Source of the DNA: Mobula birostris
Lineage: Eukaryota
Reading direction: 5' to 3'
Assembly (NCBI RefSeq): GCF_030028105.1
Contig: NC_092370.1
Coordinates: 220,702,005 to 220,766,004, forward strand
DNA: 64,000 nt
This document shows, in pieces, positions 22,256 through 35,173 of this stretch (position 1 is the stretch's first letter; the number at the start of each line of letters is the position of its first letter). The notes beneath the pieces are model-generated. The model had not been told where the DNA came from. It worked only from the letters and a program-made list of their open reading frames with translations, and did not search any database. The position numbers and the translations under genes were made by a program.

Positions 22256-24814
22256 TAATATCAGAGCGAGCCCTACACCAAACCCGGGGGCGTCCGCGCT
22301 TTGAGGCGTGGAGGGATTATTACCCCAGTGAGGGTCAGCACTCTGGGGCAGAGATGAACCCGTCCTTCAGTAAGGAACATCTCCCTGGGGTGGCGACAAG
22401 ATCTTTGCGAAATGGGTTTAGTTTTGTTTACCCCATAATGACAGTCCCGGCCCACCCCGGACGTTCTCTCTTCTCCCATGGGGGCAGAAGATACAATTGT
22501 CTGAAAAGATGTACCACCAGACCCAAGGACAGCTTTCTATCCTGCTGTTGTCAGACTGGTAAACAGCTCCCTTGTACGATAAGTTTGACTCTTATCCCCA
22601 TTATCTATCCCTTTGTGATCCTGCACGTTATAATTTACCTGCACTTTTTCTGATAGTTTTACACTATATTCCGTATTGTTATTGTTTTACCTCAGTGCCT
22701 TGTATGCCAAGACAAGCTTTTCACTGTATCTCGATAGATGCTACAATAATAAATCAATTCAAGTTCCTCTGAAATGTGGACTGAGTTGCAGGCCTGTTGC
22801 AAGGGTGCTTAGCGGCCAGTAGTTTTGTGGATGAACCTAACACAGGCGGTGTGGTGGGCGGTACAGACGGGTGTCTAAGATCACCGCAGCAGCCAGGTGA
22901 AGTGGGAGCCGGACGAGGAATAGCTGGTGGAGTGTGAGAGGCTGAGCGGCGAATGCACCGTCTCATTCTGACACTGATGCAGACCCTGTTCCTCCACCTG
23001 GACTGCATATCCGGTGACCTTTCTTCGGTCTCGAACCCCTTTCAACCATTGTCCACTAGTTTGTGTTTTTTTAAATTTTTTAAAATAAGTTTTGATCAAA
23101 AAGTCACACAACGTGGAAACGGGCCCTTCGGCCCAACCCATCCATGCTAACCAAAATGTCTATCTGAGCTACTATTATTTGCCCACATTGCTGCACACTG
23201 CGAACAAACCTGCCATTAGCCCAGTATTCTGCCTTCGAATTCGACCTTCCAACGTGAATCACTTCACGCTTTTCCGGGTTGAACTCCATCTGCCTCTTCT
23301 ATGCCCAGCTCTGCATCCTGTCAATGTCCCGCTGTTCCCTACAACTTGAGGACCTAAGTTATAGAGAAAGGACTTCATTCACTGGAGCGCAGGAGAATGA
23401 GAGGAGATTTGATAGGGGTATACAACATTATGATGAGGAGTGTGGATAAAGTAAACAGTCTTTTTCCACTGAGGTCGGGTAAGACGAGAATTAGAGATCA
23501 TGGGTTAAGGATGAAAGGTTAAATGTTTAAGAGGGATCTCTTCACTCAGGGTGTGGAACAAGCTGCCACCGGAAGTGGTGGATACAGGTTCGATTTCAAC
23601 ATTGAAATATGAATAAATACAAAGATGGAAAGGGGTATGGAGAGAACTATGGTCTATGGGACTAGACTGAACAATTGTTCTGCGCGGACTAGATAGGCGG
23701 TATCTCCTACTTCTGCATTGTACTTCTCTACGACAATCCTTTGCGCAACTCCACCAAGCTTCGAGTATCTGCAAACTTGTTGCCATGTTGATTCCCAAGA
23801 GGACCTACTCTCTCCCTAATTATTCTTTTGCTTTCAATATACCTGTGGAATTTCTTAGGGATTCTCTTCTTGTCTTCTTTTTGCCTTCCTGGTATTCCCC
23901 GTCGGTACCATTACAATTATAATTCTACAGAGATCCACTTAATCCCAGCTGCCTGTAGAGTCAGAAAGCACACCTGATCTAGTCTGGGCCGAACTGTTAT
24001 TTTGCCTGGTGCCAGCTCCTGGATTCGGTTCCCGTCAGGTGAAGGTTTGTCCAGATCAGACCCACTTGCAGCCGTTTCTCCCAACGCTCCATGCGATCCA
24101 TGTCCCGTTGCATCTTTAACGTGCCTCCTTCAACTGCTGGGTCGGCTGCAGAATCGATGATCGCACCTGCCCACATTCCCAAACTCGTTCCCGACTCCGG
24201 AGTTGTTGGGACTCACGTTGTCGCTGTACAAAAGGTTGGTGACACGGACTTGGGGGTATTGTGTGTGGTTCTGGTCATAACGGTGTTACCCGGACTGCAG
24301 GGCTTGAGCTTTCAGTGGAGACTGGACAGACAGGCCGGGACTATTTTCCCACTGAGTGAAGGAGGCTGAGGGGTGACCTTATAGAGGTTTAAAAAATCAT
24401 GAGGTGCGGAGGAAAGGACGGCCATTGTTTTCTGCGGGAGCGGGAATTTACAACTAGAGGGCGCAGAATTAAGATGAGAGGGGAAAGATTAAAGCAGAGA
24501 TTGATAGATTCTTTAATAATAAGGGTTCAAAGGTTACAGGGAGAAGGCAGGAGAAAGGGGCTGAGAGGAGTAATAAATCAACCATGGTGGAATGACGGAG
24601 CAGACTTGATGGGACCGAATGGCCTAATTCTAGTCCTGTGTCTTATGGTCTTATTTAAAGGGCGTGTGGAACGAACTGCCGGAAAAGGCACAATTACTAC
24701 GATTAAAATACACTTGGACAGGTACATGAATTGGCAAGGGTTAGAGTGGATATGGGCAAATGTGGGAAATGGGAAAAAGAAAGAAAGAAATGAGCTTTAT
24801 TTGTCCAATACTTC

Positions 24815-25090
24815 GAAACATCGAAACACACCGTGAAATGCGTAGTTTGCGTCAATGAGCAACACAATCCGAGCATGTGCCGGGGGTAACCCACAAGTAT
24901 CGCCATTCTTCTGGCGCCAACATAGCAAGCCCAGAACCTAACCTGTAGGTCTTTGAAACGTGGGAGGGAACCCACTCGGTCACGGGGAGAACGCACGAAC
25001 TCCTTACGGACAGCAGCAGGAATCGAACCCATACAGTATCTATAATCTGTGGTGCTGTTAAGCGATTACACAACCCTGCGCTATCACGCC
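24815..25090 (-). mobile_element. tRNA-derived SINE
   Basis: Minus strand has B-box GGTTCGATTCC then GTAAGGAGTT.GT.CGTTCTCCCCGTGACC body; related copies near 25570, 31170, 43130, 48555 and 62620. Confidence 0.7.
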
Positions 25091-27299
25091 TTCCCCGACA
25101 ATAAGATTTCATTGTGGGCATCATTTCTGTGACATTATGTCAAGGAAATCGGGCAAAGGCAATACAGTTTGTGAAAGAAGGTGTTTGTTCAACTCCTGCG
25201 GGGCGGTGGGGGAGGGGGGGTGTTTCTGCTATGCTCCGGATAAGAGGACAGTGTTCTATACCAGAAGGCATATGATAAGGTACCACATCAAAGGCGATTG
25301 TAGAAAACGTACTCATGGTGTAGGAGGGAACAGGTAACTTTATCTGGGTAACAGAGTAACACATAATATTTTGGAGGAATTGAGCAGTGGAGGGCTAACG
25401 GGAAACAGAGGGTGGCCATAAGCAGGTTTGGAATAACTAGAACATGAGGAAAATGTGAAATTATCAGTTTAGGGTGGAGAATTCGGGCTGGTGAAAGATG
25501 GTCAGACAGATGTGGGTATCCTTGTGCGTGACCTACAGAAGTGAGTGTGCAAAGCAACCTACCGATCTAAATTCGATTCTGACCGAAGTCTGCAAGGAGT
25601 TTGTGCATTCTTCCCGTGACCGGGTGGGTTTCCTCCAGGTGCTCCAGTTTCTTCCCATATCCCAAAGATTTACAGGTCAGGATTAGTAAATTCTGGGCAT
25701 GCTATGCATTTACATACTGTATATACCATGGAGAACATTCTAACTGGTTGTATCACTGTCTGACATGGAGTGGTCAATGTACAGGATTGGAAAAGCTGCA
25801 GAGGGATGTAAACTCTGCCATTTCCACACTAGCCTCCCCACTATTGAAGATATCTTCAATAGTTGATGCCTCACAGAGCAACATCCATCATGAAGGAACC
25901 TTGTTATAACCATCAGGAAGAAAGTACAGGAGCCTGAAGACCCACACTCCAAATTTTAGGAACAGCCATCAGAACTCCAAATGGTCCATGTACCTAAGAA
26001 GGTGGCATCATTATTTTTGCCCTCATATATATTTCTGATTGTAATTTATAGTATTTTATGTCTTGCACTGTACTGCTGACACAAAACAACAAATTTCACA
26101 ACATATGCCAGAGATAATAATTCTGATTCTGACATGATGTCCCAACTCACATTCTGTGCCCTGAGCTGTGGGGATATATACCTTCCCCACCCTTCTCTCT
26201 GTGTCACCACTTCCAGGAGCCTATGGATCTCTCCATCAACATTCCTCAGTGCCTTACTTTAAAATGTATCACCTTGTACCAGCCGCATCTCCACCTATGT
26301 ACCTTTCCAGCTGGTCCATATACTGCTGTACCCATGGGCAACCTTCCTCACCATCCACACCACCAGCAAGTGCAGTGGGGTGAAGCATTGCAATGTGGAA
26401 GGTCAAATGTAAGAGGAAAGAAAAATAGCAGGACACAAAGGAGCATTGATGTACAGAGGGATCTGAAGTGGCTATGTAGATGGATAGGGTGGTAAAGAAA
26501 GGTATATGGGATGCTTTCCTTCATTGGTCAGGGCACTGAGAATCAGGAAGTATAAAATTTTGGTTAGACTATACTTGGAGTATTGAGAGAGTTTTGGTTA
26601 CCCCATTACAGGAGGAATGTGGAGGTTTTAGAGAGGGTGCAGCAGGTTCGCCATGATGCTACCTGGATTAGCGAGCATGTGCTATAAGGAGAGGTTGGGC
26701 AGACTTGGGTTGTTTCTCTGCAGTGTTGAATGCTGAAGGGAAATCTAACAGAGGTTTATGAACTTATGAGATATACAGTTAGACATAGAACATACAGAAG
26801 AACAGAACAGCACAGGAACATGCCCTTCAGCTCACACTGTTGTGTCACAACAATTAAATTAGCAATCAAATGGCCAACTAAACTAATCCCTTCTGCCTAC
26901 ACAATGTTCATATGCTTCCATTTCCCTCACATTTATTTGTCTATCTGAATGTCTCTCAAAAATATCTAATACTGGAGTTCTCAACCATTTTGTATGCAGT
27001 GGAGACTTACCACTAACTGAGGGGTCAGTGTACCCCAGGCTGGGACCCCTGCAACGTATCTGCCTCTACCACCACCTGAAACAGCATCTTCCAGGCACCC
27101 ACCGCTCTCTGTGCAAAAGTCTTGCCCCACATATCTCCTTTGAACTCCCTCCTTCTCACCTTACATGCGTTAGACTGGTTTCAGACAATTCAATCCTGGA
27201 AAAAAGATGTCTACCCTATTGATGCCTTTCCTAATCTTATAAATCTCCCCTCAGCCTCCCCCACTCCGGAGAAAACAACCCATTTGTAGAACCTCTCGT

Positions 27300-29360
27300 T
27301 ATAGAAACATACATAGAAACATACATAGAAAATAGGTGCAGGAGTAGGCCATTCGGCCCTTCGAGCCTGCACCGCCATTTATTATGATCATGGCTGATCA
27401 TCCAACTCAGAACCCTGCCCCAGCCTTCCCTCCATACCCACTGACCCCCGTAGCCACAAGGGCCATATCTAACTCCCTCTTAAATATAGCCAATGAACTG
27501 GCCTCAACTGTTTCCTGTGGCAGAGAATTCCACAGATTCACCACTCTCTGTGTGAAGAAGTTTTTCCTAATCTCGGTCCTAAAAGGCTTCCCCTCTATCC
27601 TCAAACTGTGGCCCCTCGTTCTGGACTTCCCCAACATCGGGAACAATCTTCCTGCATCTAGCCTGTCCAATCCCTTTAGGATCTTATACGTTTCAATCAG
27701 ATCCCCCCTCCAATAGCCCAGGACTGATTTATTATCCCTCTCAACTCCATTCCCCACCCTTCTCCTCAACCTCCGCCTTAAGTATACACAGTGACATGAC
27801 CTGCACAGCTGACTGTGACAATGAATTCCACAGATTCACCACCCTCTGGCTAAAGAAATTTTTCCTCATTTCTTTTATAAATAGATGTCCCTCTATTCTG
27901 AAGCTGTCCCCTCTGGTCCTAGACTTACCCACAATCGAAAACATCCCCTTCACATACACTCTAGACCTTTCAATATACAATAGGTGTCAATGAGATCCCC
28001 CCCCCCCCATTCTCCTAAACTCCAGTGAGTACTGGTCTAGAGCCATCAAACACTCCTCATATGTTAACCCTTTAGTTCCTGGAAACAATCTCGTGAACCT
28101 CTTCTGGACCCTCTCCAATGCCAGTACATCTTTTCTTAGATAAGCAGTCTAAAACTGCTCACAATATTCCAAGTGCTGTTTGACCAATACCTTATAAAAT
28201 CCCAAAATTACATCCTTGCTTTTGCACTCTAGTCCTCTCGAAATTATTGTAAACATTGCATTTGCCTTCCTTACCACCAACTCAACCTGCAAGTTAACCT
28301 TTAGGGAATCCTGCATGAGGACTCCTAAATCCTTTTGCACCTCGGATTTTTTAATTTTCTCTCCATTTAGAAAATAGTCCATGCCTTTATTACTTTGCCA
28401 AAGTGCATGACCATACACTTCTCTACACAAAATTCCATTTGCCACTTCTTTACCCATTCTCTGAATCTGTTTAAGCCCCTTTGCAGATACCCCGCTTCCT
28501 CAACACTACCTGGCTCTCCACTTATCTTCATATGTCCACAAACTTGGCCACAAAGTAATCAATTTCTTCACTTTTTGCTTCCTGCCAGTTATCCAGTCTT
28601 CTATCCATGCTAATATCTTCCTGTGATACCATGTGCTTTTATCTTGTTAAAGACCTTCTGACAATTCAAATAAAGAACGTCCACTGACTATCCTGTCTAT
28701 CCTGCCTGTTATTTTCTCAAATAATTCCAATAGGTTTGTTAGGCAAGATTTCCCCTTAAGTTCAAAGTTCATTTACTGTAAAAGTATGTTTACATTATAC
28801 AACCATGCTGACTTTGGCCTTTTTTGTCATGTGTTCTAAGTACCCTGAAACCTCATCCTTAATAATAGACTCCAACATCATTCCAATCAGTGAAGTCAGG
28901 TTACTATAATTTCCTTTCTTCAGCCTCCCTCCCTTTTTAAAGAGAGGAGTGACTTTTGCAAATTTTTAGTCCTCAGGAACCATTCTAAAATCTAGTGACT
29001 CTTGGAAGATCATTACTATTGCCTCCACAATCTCTTCAGATAGTCCTTTCAAAAACACAGGGGCATAGTCCATCTGGTCTTGGTGACTAATCTACTTAAG
29101 ACTTTTTAGCTTTCCAAGCACCTTCTCCTTAGTAATAGCAACAACACACACTTCTGTTCCCTGACACTGTTGCATTTCTGGCATTCTGCTAGTGATTTCC
29201 ACTGTGAAGACTGGTGTAAAATACTTATTAAATCTATCTGCAGTTTCTTTGGTGCCCTTCTCCAGCATAATTTTCCAAAGGTCCAATATCCACTTTCATC
29301 TCTCTTTTATTCTTTATACATCTGAGAAAACTTTTTGTGTACTCTTTTATATTATTGGCT
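27300..29360 (-). mobile_element. Nested CR1 LINE fragments (young 3' end at 27310-27710 plus older ORF2 pieces)
   Basis: RGDLIETYKILKGLDRLDAGRLFP...FFTQRVVNLWNSLP; (TTTCTATG)n-type tail. Confidence 0.85.
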
Positions 29361-30444
29361 TCTCCCAAGTTGCAGTTCTTTTGCAGATGCATCAGGTTTC
29401 CTCCAGGATTTCCCTGTACTTTGCTGCATTCATTTTACCTTCTACCTTCATAAGCCTTCCAGGACCTGCTGAAGTGAAGCAATCCCACAGCATGATGCAG
29501 TCACCACCATGCTTCATGGTAGGGATGGTGCGTTTTTGACGTTGTGTGGTATATAGCTTACACCAAACATAGCATTTAGTCTGATGGCCAAAAAAAAGCT
29601 CAATTTTGCTTTCATCAGACCACAGAACCTTCTTCCAGCTGACTTCAGCATCTCCAACTTACCTTCAGGCAAACTCTAGATGAGATTTCATGTGAGTTTA
29701 TTTCAACAGTGGCTTTCTCTTTGCCACTGTCCCATAAAGCTGCAACTGGTGAAGTACCTGGGCAACAGCTGTTGTGCGCGCAGTCTCTCCCATCTCAGCT
29801 TCTGAAGCTTGTATCTCCTCCAGAGTTGTCATAGATCTCTTGGTAGTCTCACTCACTAGTCCCCTTCTTACACGGTCACTCAGTTTTTTAGGACAGCCTG
29901 CTCTAGGCAGATTTACAGCTGTGCAATATTCTTTCCATCTCTTGATTGACATAACTGTACTTCAAGGGATACTCAGTGACTTGGAGATTTCCTTGTATCC
30001 ATCTCCTGACTTGTGCTTTTCAATAACCTTTTTGTGGAGTTGCTTGGAGTGTTTGTTTGTCTTCATGGTGTAGTTTTTGCCAGGATACTGACTCACCAGC
30101 AGTTGGACCTTCCAGATACAGGTGAAGCACCTTGAAACACCTTGACTGCACACAGGTGATCTCCATTTAACTAATTATGTGATTTCTAAAACTAACTGTC
30201 TGCGCCAGTGATGACTTGGTGTGTCATATTAAAGGAGGTGAATACTTATGCAATCAATTATCTTGTTTTATATTTGTAATTAATTTAGATCGCTTTGTGG
30301 AGATCTGTTTTCACTGTGACACGAAGGAGTCTTTTTCTGTTGATCAGTATCAAAAAAAAACAAATTAAATCCACTGTGATTCAATGTTGTAAAACAATAA
30401 AACTCGAAAACTTCCAAGGGGGTGAATACTTTTTATAGGCACTG
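29361..30444 (-). mobile_element. Tc1-family DNA transposon, truncated
   Basis: Minus-strand end TA-CAGTGCCTATAAAAAGTATTCACCCC at 30444; transposase pieces MKTNKHSKQLHKKVIEKHKSGDGYKEISKSL and LPRAGCPKKLS...LYGTVAKRKPLLK. Other TIR missing. Confidence 0.9.
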
Positions 30445-33400
30445 TATGCTCTATGTAATCACAGAGAATATCACTGGGCAAGTGGTTGCAGTGTCTGTGG
30501 AGCAGTGTTTTGGAGATAACCACAACTCTGTAGGCTGCAAGGAAGGTATGGAAAGGAATAAGGTTGGAAAATTAAGGCTGTGAATTGCAGGATGAAGAGA
30601 GATCGCAATATCATTCAAGAGAACATGATAAAGGTAGTGTGGTAGGTAGTCTGACATTGGGTAAGTGGGAAATTCAGGGCCAGTGTGCTCATACAGTGAT
30701 GTTGGGGAAGGGACAGAAAGTGTGTGGCAGGTCCAAAGGTCAACCCACTGAAGTCCCTCCATTAAAAAAGCAGTTTCAATATGCCAATCTTGACGCCATC
30801 AAACCTCTTAAGACAGCATTGCATTGAACCACTTTTGAGAATCTCAGTGTGTACTGCTGTGTTAGGAGTTTTTAAAATGTGGGTTTTATTATTTAAATTT
30901 GTTCCAAATATCAATTCTGTGTTTCCTGGGACTTGGTGAGAAGAGAATGGCAAAAATATGGTGAGAAAGGGTCAAATGAACTGAGTACAAATGTCCTGCC
31001 CATTTGTGTGAATATCATTTTAAACACTTTGAAGATTTGAATGTTTGATCAGCATTTTGGATCTTAAATCAATTAGATCAGAACAGATGCTGGTTCCATG
31101 TGTTGCTCTGGATCTGGAGATGAAGACCAAAGTGACCACTGACAGCAGCAGCGATTGGAGCAGCTGGAATACGGGAGGAAACTGGATCATCTGGGAGAAA
31201 TCTACACAGTCATGGGGAAAACATTCATACTCCCTACAGACAGCAGCAGGAATTGAACCCAATCACTGGGACTGTAAAACATTAAGCTGACTACCACACT
31301 ACTGTACCATCCATTGTCCTGCCTCTCGGGTTTCTTCCAAAAACTTGCCGTTCACTGATGTTTGGATCGTGTCAAAGATAGGAGAGAGAAGTACAGAGGA
31401 AAGGGAGTCAGAACAGAGCAAAGGGGAGAAGAATGGCAGGGGGGAGGGGGGAGGGGAAAGGGGAGTAACGCAGAAAGGGAGAGAGTGGGAAGGGGGAGAG
31501 AGGGGAAAGAGGGAGAAAAGTGGGAGAGATTCAAAATTCAGGATTGTTTAATGTCATTTCGAGTACACGTGTAAATGAGAAAAAAATAATTTTTATTATG
31601 GATCCATTGCAGCCCAAAAAATACACCATAAAATAAAGAACACAATAATCACTTTAAAAACACAATCTAAATACATAATTTAGCTTATATACATAGATTG
31701 ATTTTATGTTCATAAAGTGATGCTGTGTACAGGAGTGCCTGTACTCAGTTCATTTGGCCCTTTTTCACCATATTTTTGCCATTCTGACTGACAGGAAATG
31801 ATAAAGTAGTGGTGACTGGGGTGTGGAAGGATTGGTTAGTGGTGGAGGTGTTGATCAGCCTTACTGCTTGGGGAAAGGAACTTCTTGATCCTGGTGATCT
31901 TGGTGCAGATATTATGTAATCTCTTTCCCAATGGGAGTGGGACAAACAGTCCATGAACAGGGTGGGTTACTGCCCCTTTTCCAGCACCTTTCTGTACATA
32001 TGTCCTTGACATATGAGGGGAGAGAGAAGGAGATGGGAGATAGGGAAAGAAGGAAGGGGAGGAGATAGAGGGAGAGGGGAGGGGTGGAAGAAAGGAGAAA
32101 GGCAGGAGAGGGTGGAGAGGGGAGTGGAGGGAGGTATAAAAGGTCATATGTTCTGCCCTGATTCATTGTTGGAAAACCTGTAATGTGGAGCATAAATTCT
32201 GGTCTGATTTAAGGTAATTTCGGTTATATGGACGAACAGTTTTCAATCAAAAAGATATTCAGAATGATATATTGCGAGATAATTGCGCCCAACCCATCCA
32301 GGTAAAGATGGTATCGTTGTATTAATCTAGGAGAAAGCCTGCCACTTGGTGATCAATCAGCATCAGGGTAAAAGATGAATCTTTGTAAATACCCGCGAGC
32401 CGGCGGCAGCTGCCCCAACCCTTGGGCTCAGCACAGGCAGTCAGGCGCTCATTAACACACCGAGACCAAACACTTTAATGACATTAGCCGGCCGATAGAC
32501 CAATGATGCAAGCTTGTTGAATCCAGTTAGGAACTTAATGGGGACATGATTACATCGGGGACCGGAAAGTAGTAGCACTGACACCCCTGTACACAATAGA
32601 GTAGTAACAGGGAAAACAGCAGGGGACGGACGGATCGATTGGATTGGGGAGCTGAGCACCAGGGCTCCGCTCCGGGTGTGCGCACCCTGCCCTCCCTGAG
32701 GACTGATTATGGCTGTATATGTGTTGGGGACCGGGGGTGTGGGTGGGAGGTGAGTAATAAGGATCCTGCGCCCGTGTCCTGTACGTACACTGTTTTCTCG
32801 ACACCTTCCATCGGCACCAGCTCCGCCCGGCGTCTCATCATCCATCACCGATGGCGGGGGATGGTCTGTTCCTCTCGGGGATCCGTCGCTCCCTCCATCC
32901 ACGGGAAAGTGCTCAGAGGCTGCAGCTTGCTGCAAACAGCATCTCTGCCCACCCTAGGGTGCCCTTGCCTCCCTCCCCCCCCCCCCCCCCCACCGCCCCA
33001 GGATGCTGAGCCTCACTGGTTCAGGTCCGTCTTGGTGAGTGTTGTAGAACAGAGAGACCTTGGAGTACAAATACATAGTTCCCTAAAAGTGGAGCAAAAG
33101 GTGGACAGGGTGTTTGACACACTGAGTAGAACATAGAAAACTACAGCGCAGTATAGGCCCTACGGCCCGCGTTGTAGTGCCGATCTTTTAACCTAACCTA
33201 GTCTCCCCTCCCACATAACCTTTCATTTTTCTATCTATGTGTCTATCTAAGAGTCTCTTCAATGCTGGTAATGTATCTATCCTGCCACCATCCCTGGCAG
33301 CGTGTTCCACACACACGCCACTGCGTTTAAAACCCTACCTCGGACATCTCTATACTTTCCTCCAATTACCTTAAAATTCAGCCCCTCGAATGAGCCATTT

Positions 33401-35173
33401 CAGCCCTGGGGAAAAAGTCTCTGGCTATTCAATCTGCCTCCTGTCATCTTGTACACCTCTGTCAAGTCACTTCGCTCCAAAGAGAAAAACCCTAAAAGAC
33501 ACAGCCGTCAGATTTCTGAACCGACAATGAACACTTCCTCCCTATTTTTGAACTACGCATTTAATTTTAAAAGTTTATTATGTGTTTCTTATTGTAATAT
33601 AGTAATTTTATACAGTCCACTGTCCCAAACAACTTTCACGACATGTCATTGACGCATGGTCTCCATCCAGACTGGATTCCGGAGTAACTCATTGAGGACC
33701 GTAGCGGTTGTACAGGACGCTAGGGAGGGGAGACATATGTACGTACAAAACTCACCGCAGTTACTTACCCAGGCTACTCCGTCAGCCCCTTCCACACCCC
33801 AACTCGCCCTCCCTGACGGACGTGGGCAGTGGGCGCAGGGAACACCACCACCTTCAGGTCACCCCTCTCCCCCCCACCCCCACCACAATCCCACGCCATC
33901 CTGTCTTGGGGTACAAACCTGGGAAACTCCCTCCCCACCAGCGCCGTGGGCGTCTCTTCACCAGAAGGATTACGAATCTCCAAGGGGTAGGGGTTGTACC
34001 CCACCTCCAGCTTCTCAGAGGCAGTCAGGGATGGGTGATCAGGAGTGAAACGTGTCAGAGGGAACCCTCACCGTCCGGGTCTTCCAACACCACCACACCA
34101 GCATCAGACGGAAGCTAATTCGGCAGAGGTGTGGGAACTGGGGTGATCATGCTGAGGACAGAGAAGTTGGTTTACACAGACAGGCAGTGCGTAGTGAGAC
34201 TGCTAGCAAGGAGAGGCTGATGATAGGGCAAAATTGTAGTCAACGGGATGAGTTGCAATGTAAATGGCGGACAAAATCGAAAGGGGTGATGAATACAGGG
34301 CTGAAAGTGTAACGTTTGAATGCTCGCAGCATACGGAATAATTTAGAGCACGGTTACGGATTGCCATGAATGACGTAGTGAGCGTCACTGAATCGTGGCT
34401 GAAAGATTATAGCTGGGAGCTTAACGTCCAAGGATACACATTGCATCGTAAGGACAGGGAGGTAGGCAGAGGGGGTGGGGTGGATCTGATGGTAAAAATA
34501 ATGAAATCAAATCATTAGAAAGAAGTGAAATAGGATCGGAAGGTGTAGAATCGTTGTGGGTAGAGCTAGGGAAATGCAAAGGTAAAAAGACCCTAATGGG
34601 AGTTATATACAGACCTCCAAGCAGTAGTAAAGATATGGTCTACAAATTACAGCGATATATAGAAAATTGATGTCAAAAGAGTAATGTTACAATAGACATA
34701 GGGAATTTCAATATTCAGGTATTGGGAAAATCAGGTTGCTACAGGATCTCAAGAGGGGGAATTTCTAGAATGCCTATGAAAAGGCTTTTTAGAGCAACTT
34801 GTGGTAGAGTCTAGGGGATTGGCCATTGTGGATTGGGTGTTGTGCAATAAACCAGAATTGATTAGAGACCTTACTGTAAACCCTTAGGGCCAGTGATCAT
34901 AATATGATAGAATTTACCCTGCAGTTTGAGGAGAAGTTAACGTCAGATATATCAGTATTGCAGTGAAGTAAAGTGAATTAGAGGCATGAGAGAGGAGCTG
35001 GCTGAAGTTGATTGGAAGGGAACTCAAGTGGGGATGACAGCAGAGCAACAATGGCCGTACTTTCTGGGAGCAATTCAGAAGGTGCAGGACGGCTACATCC
35101 AAAAGAAGTATTCTAAAGGCAGGATGATACAACTGTGGCTGACACGGGACATCAAAGCCAACATAAAAGCCAA

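Noticed and set aside
23997-24182. Unique-looking ORF (KMQRDMDRMERWEKRLQV)
   Set aside because: Degenerate CR1 RT segment (LQRDLDRL..WAEKWQM).
33690-33990. Strong minus-strand donors (GGTAAGT, GGTGAGT) suggesting a hidden exon
   Set aside because: Surrounding sequence resembles a decayed LINE remnant; no coherent reading frame or partner exons.
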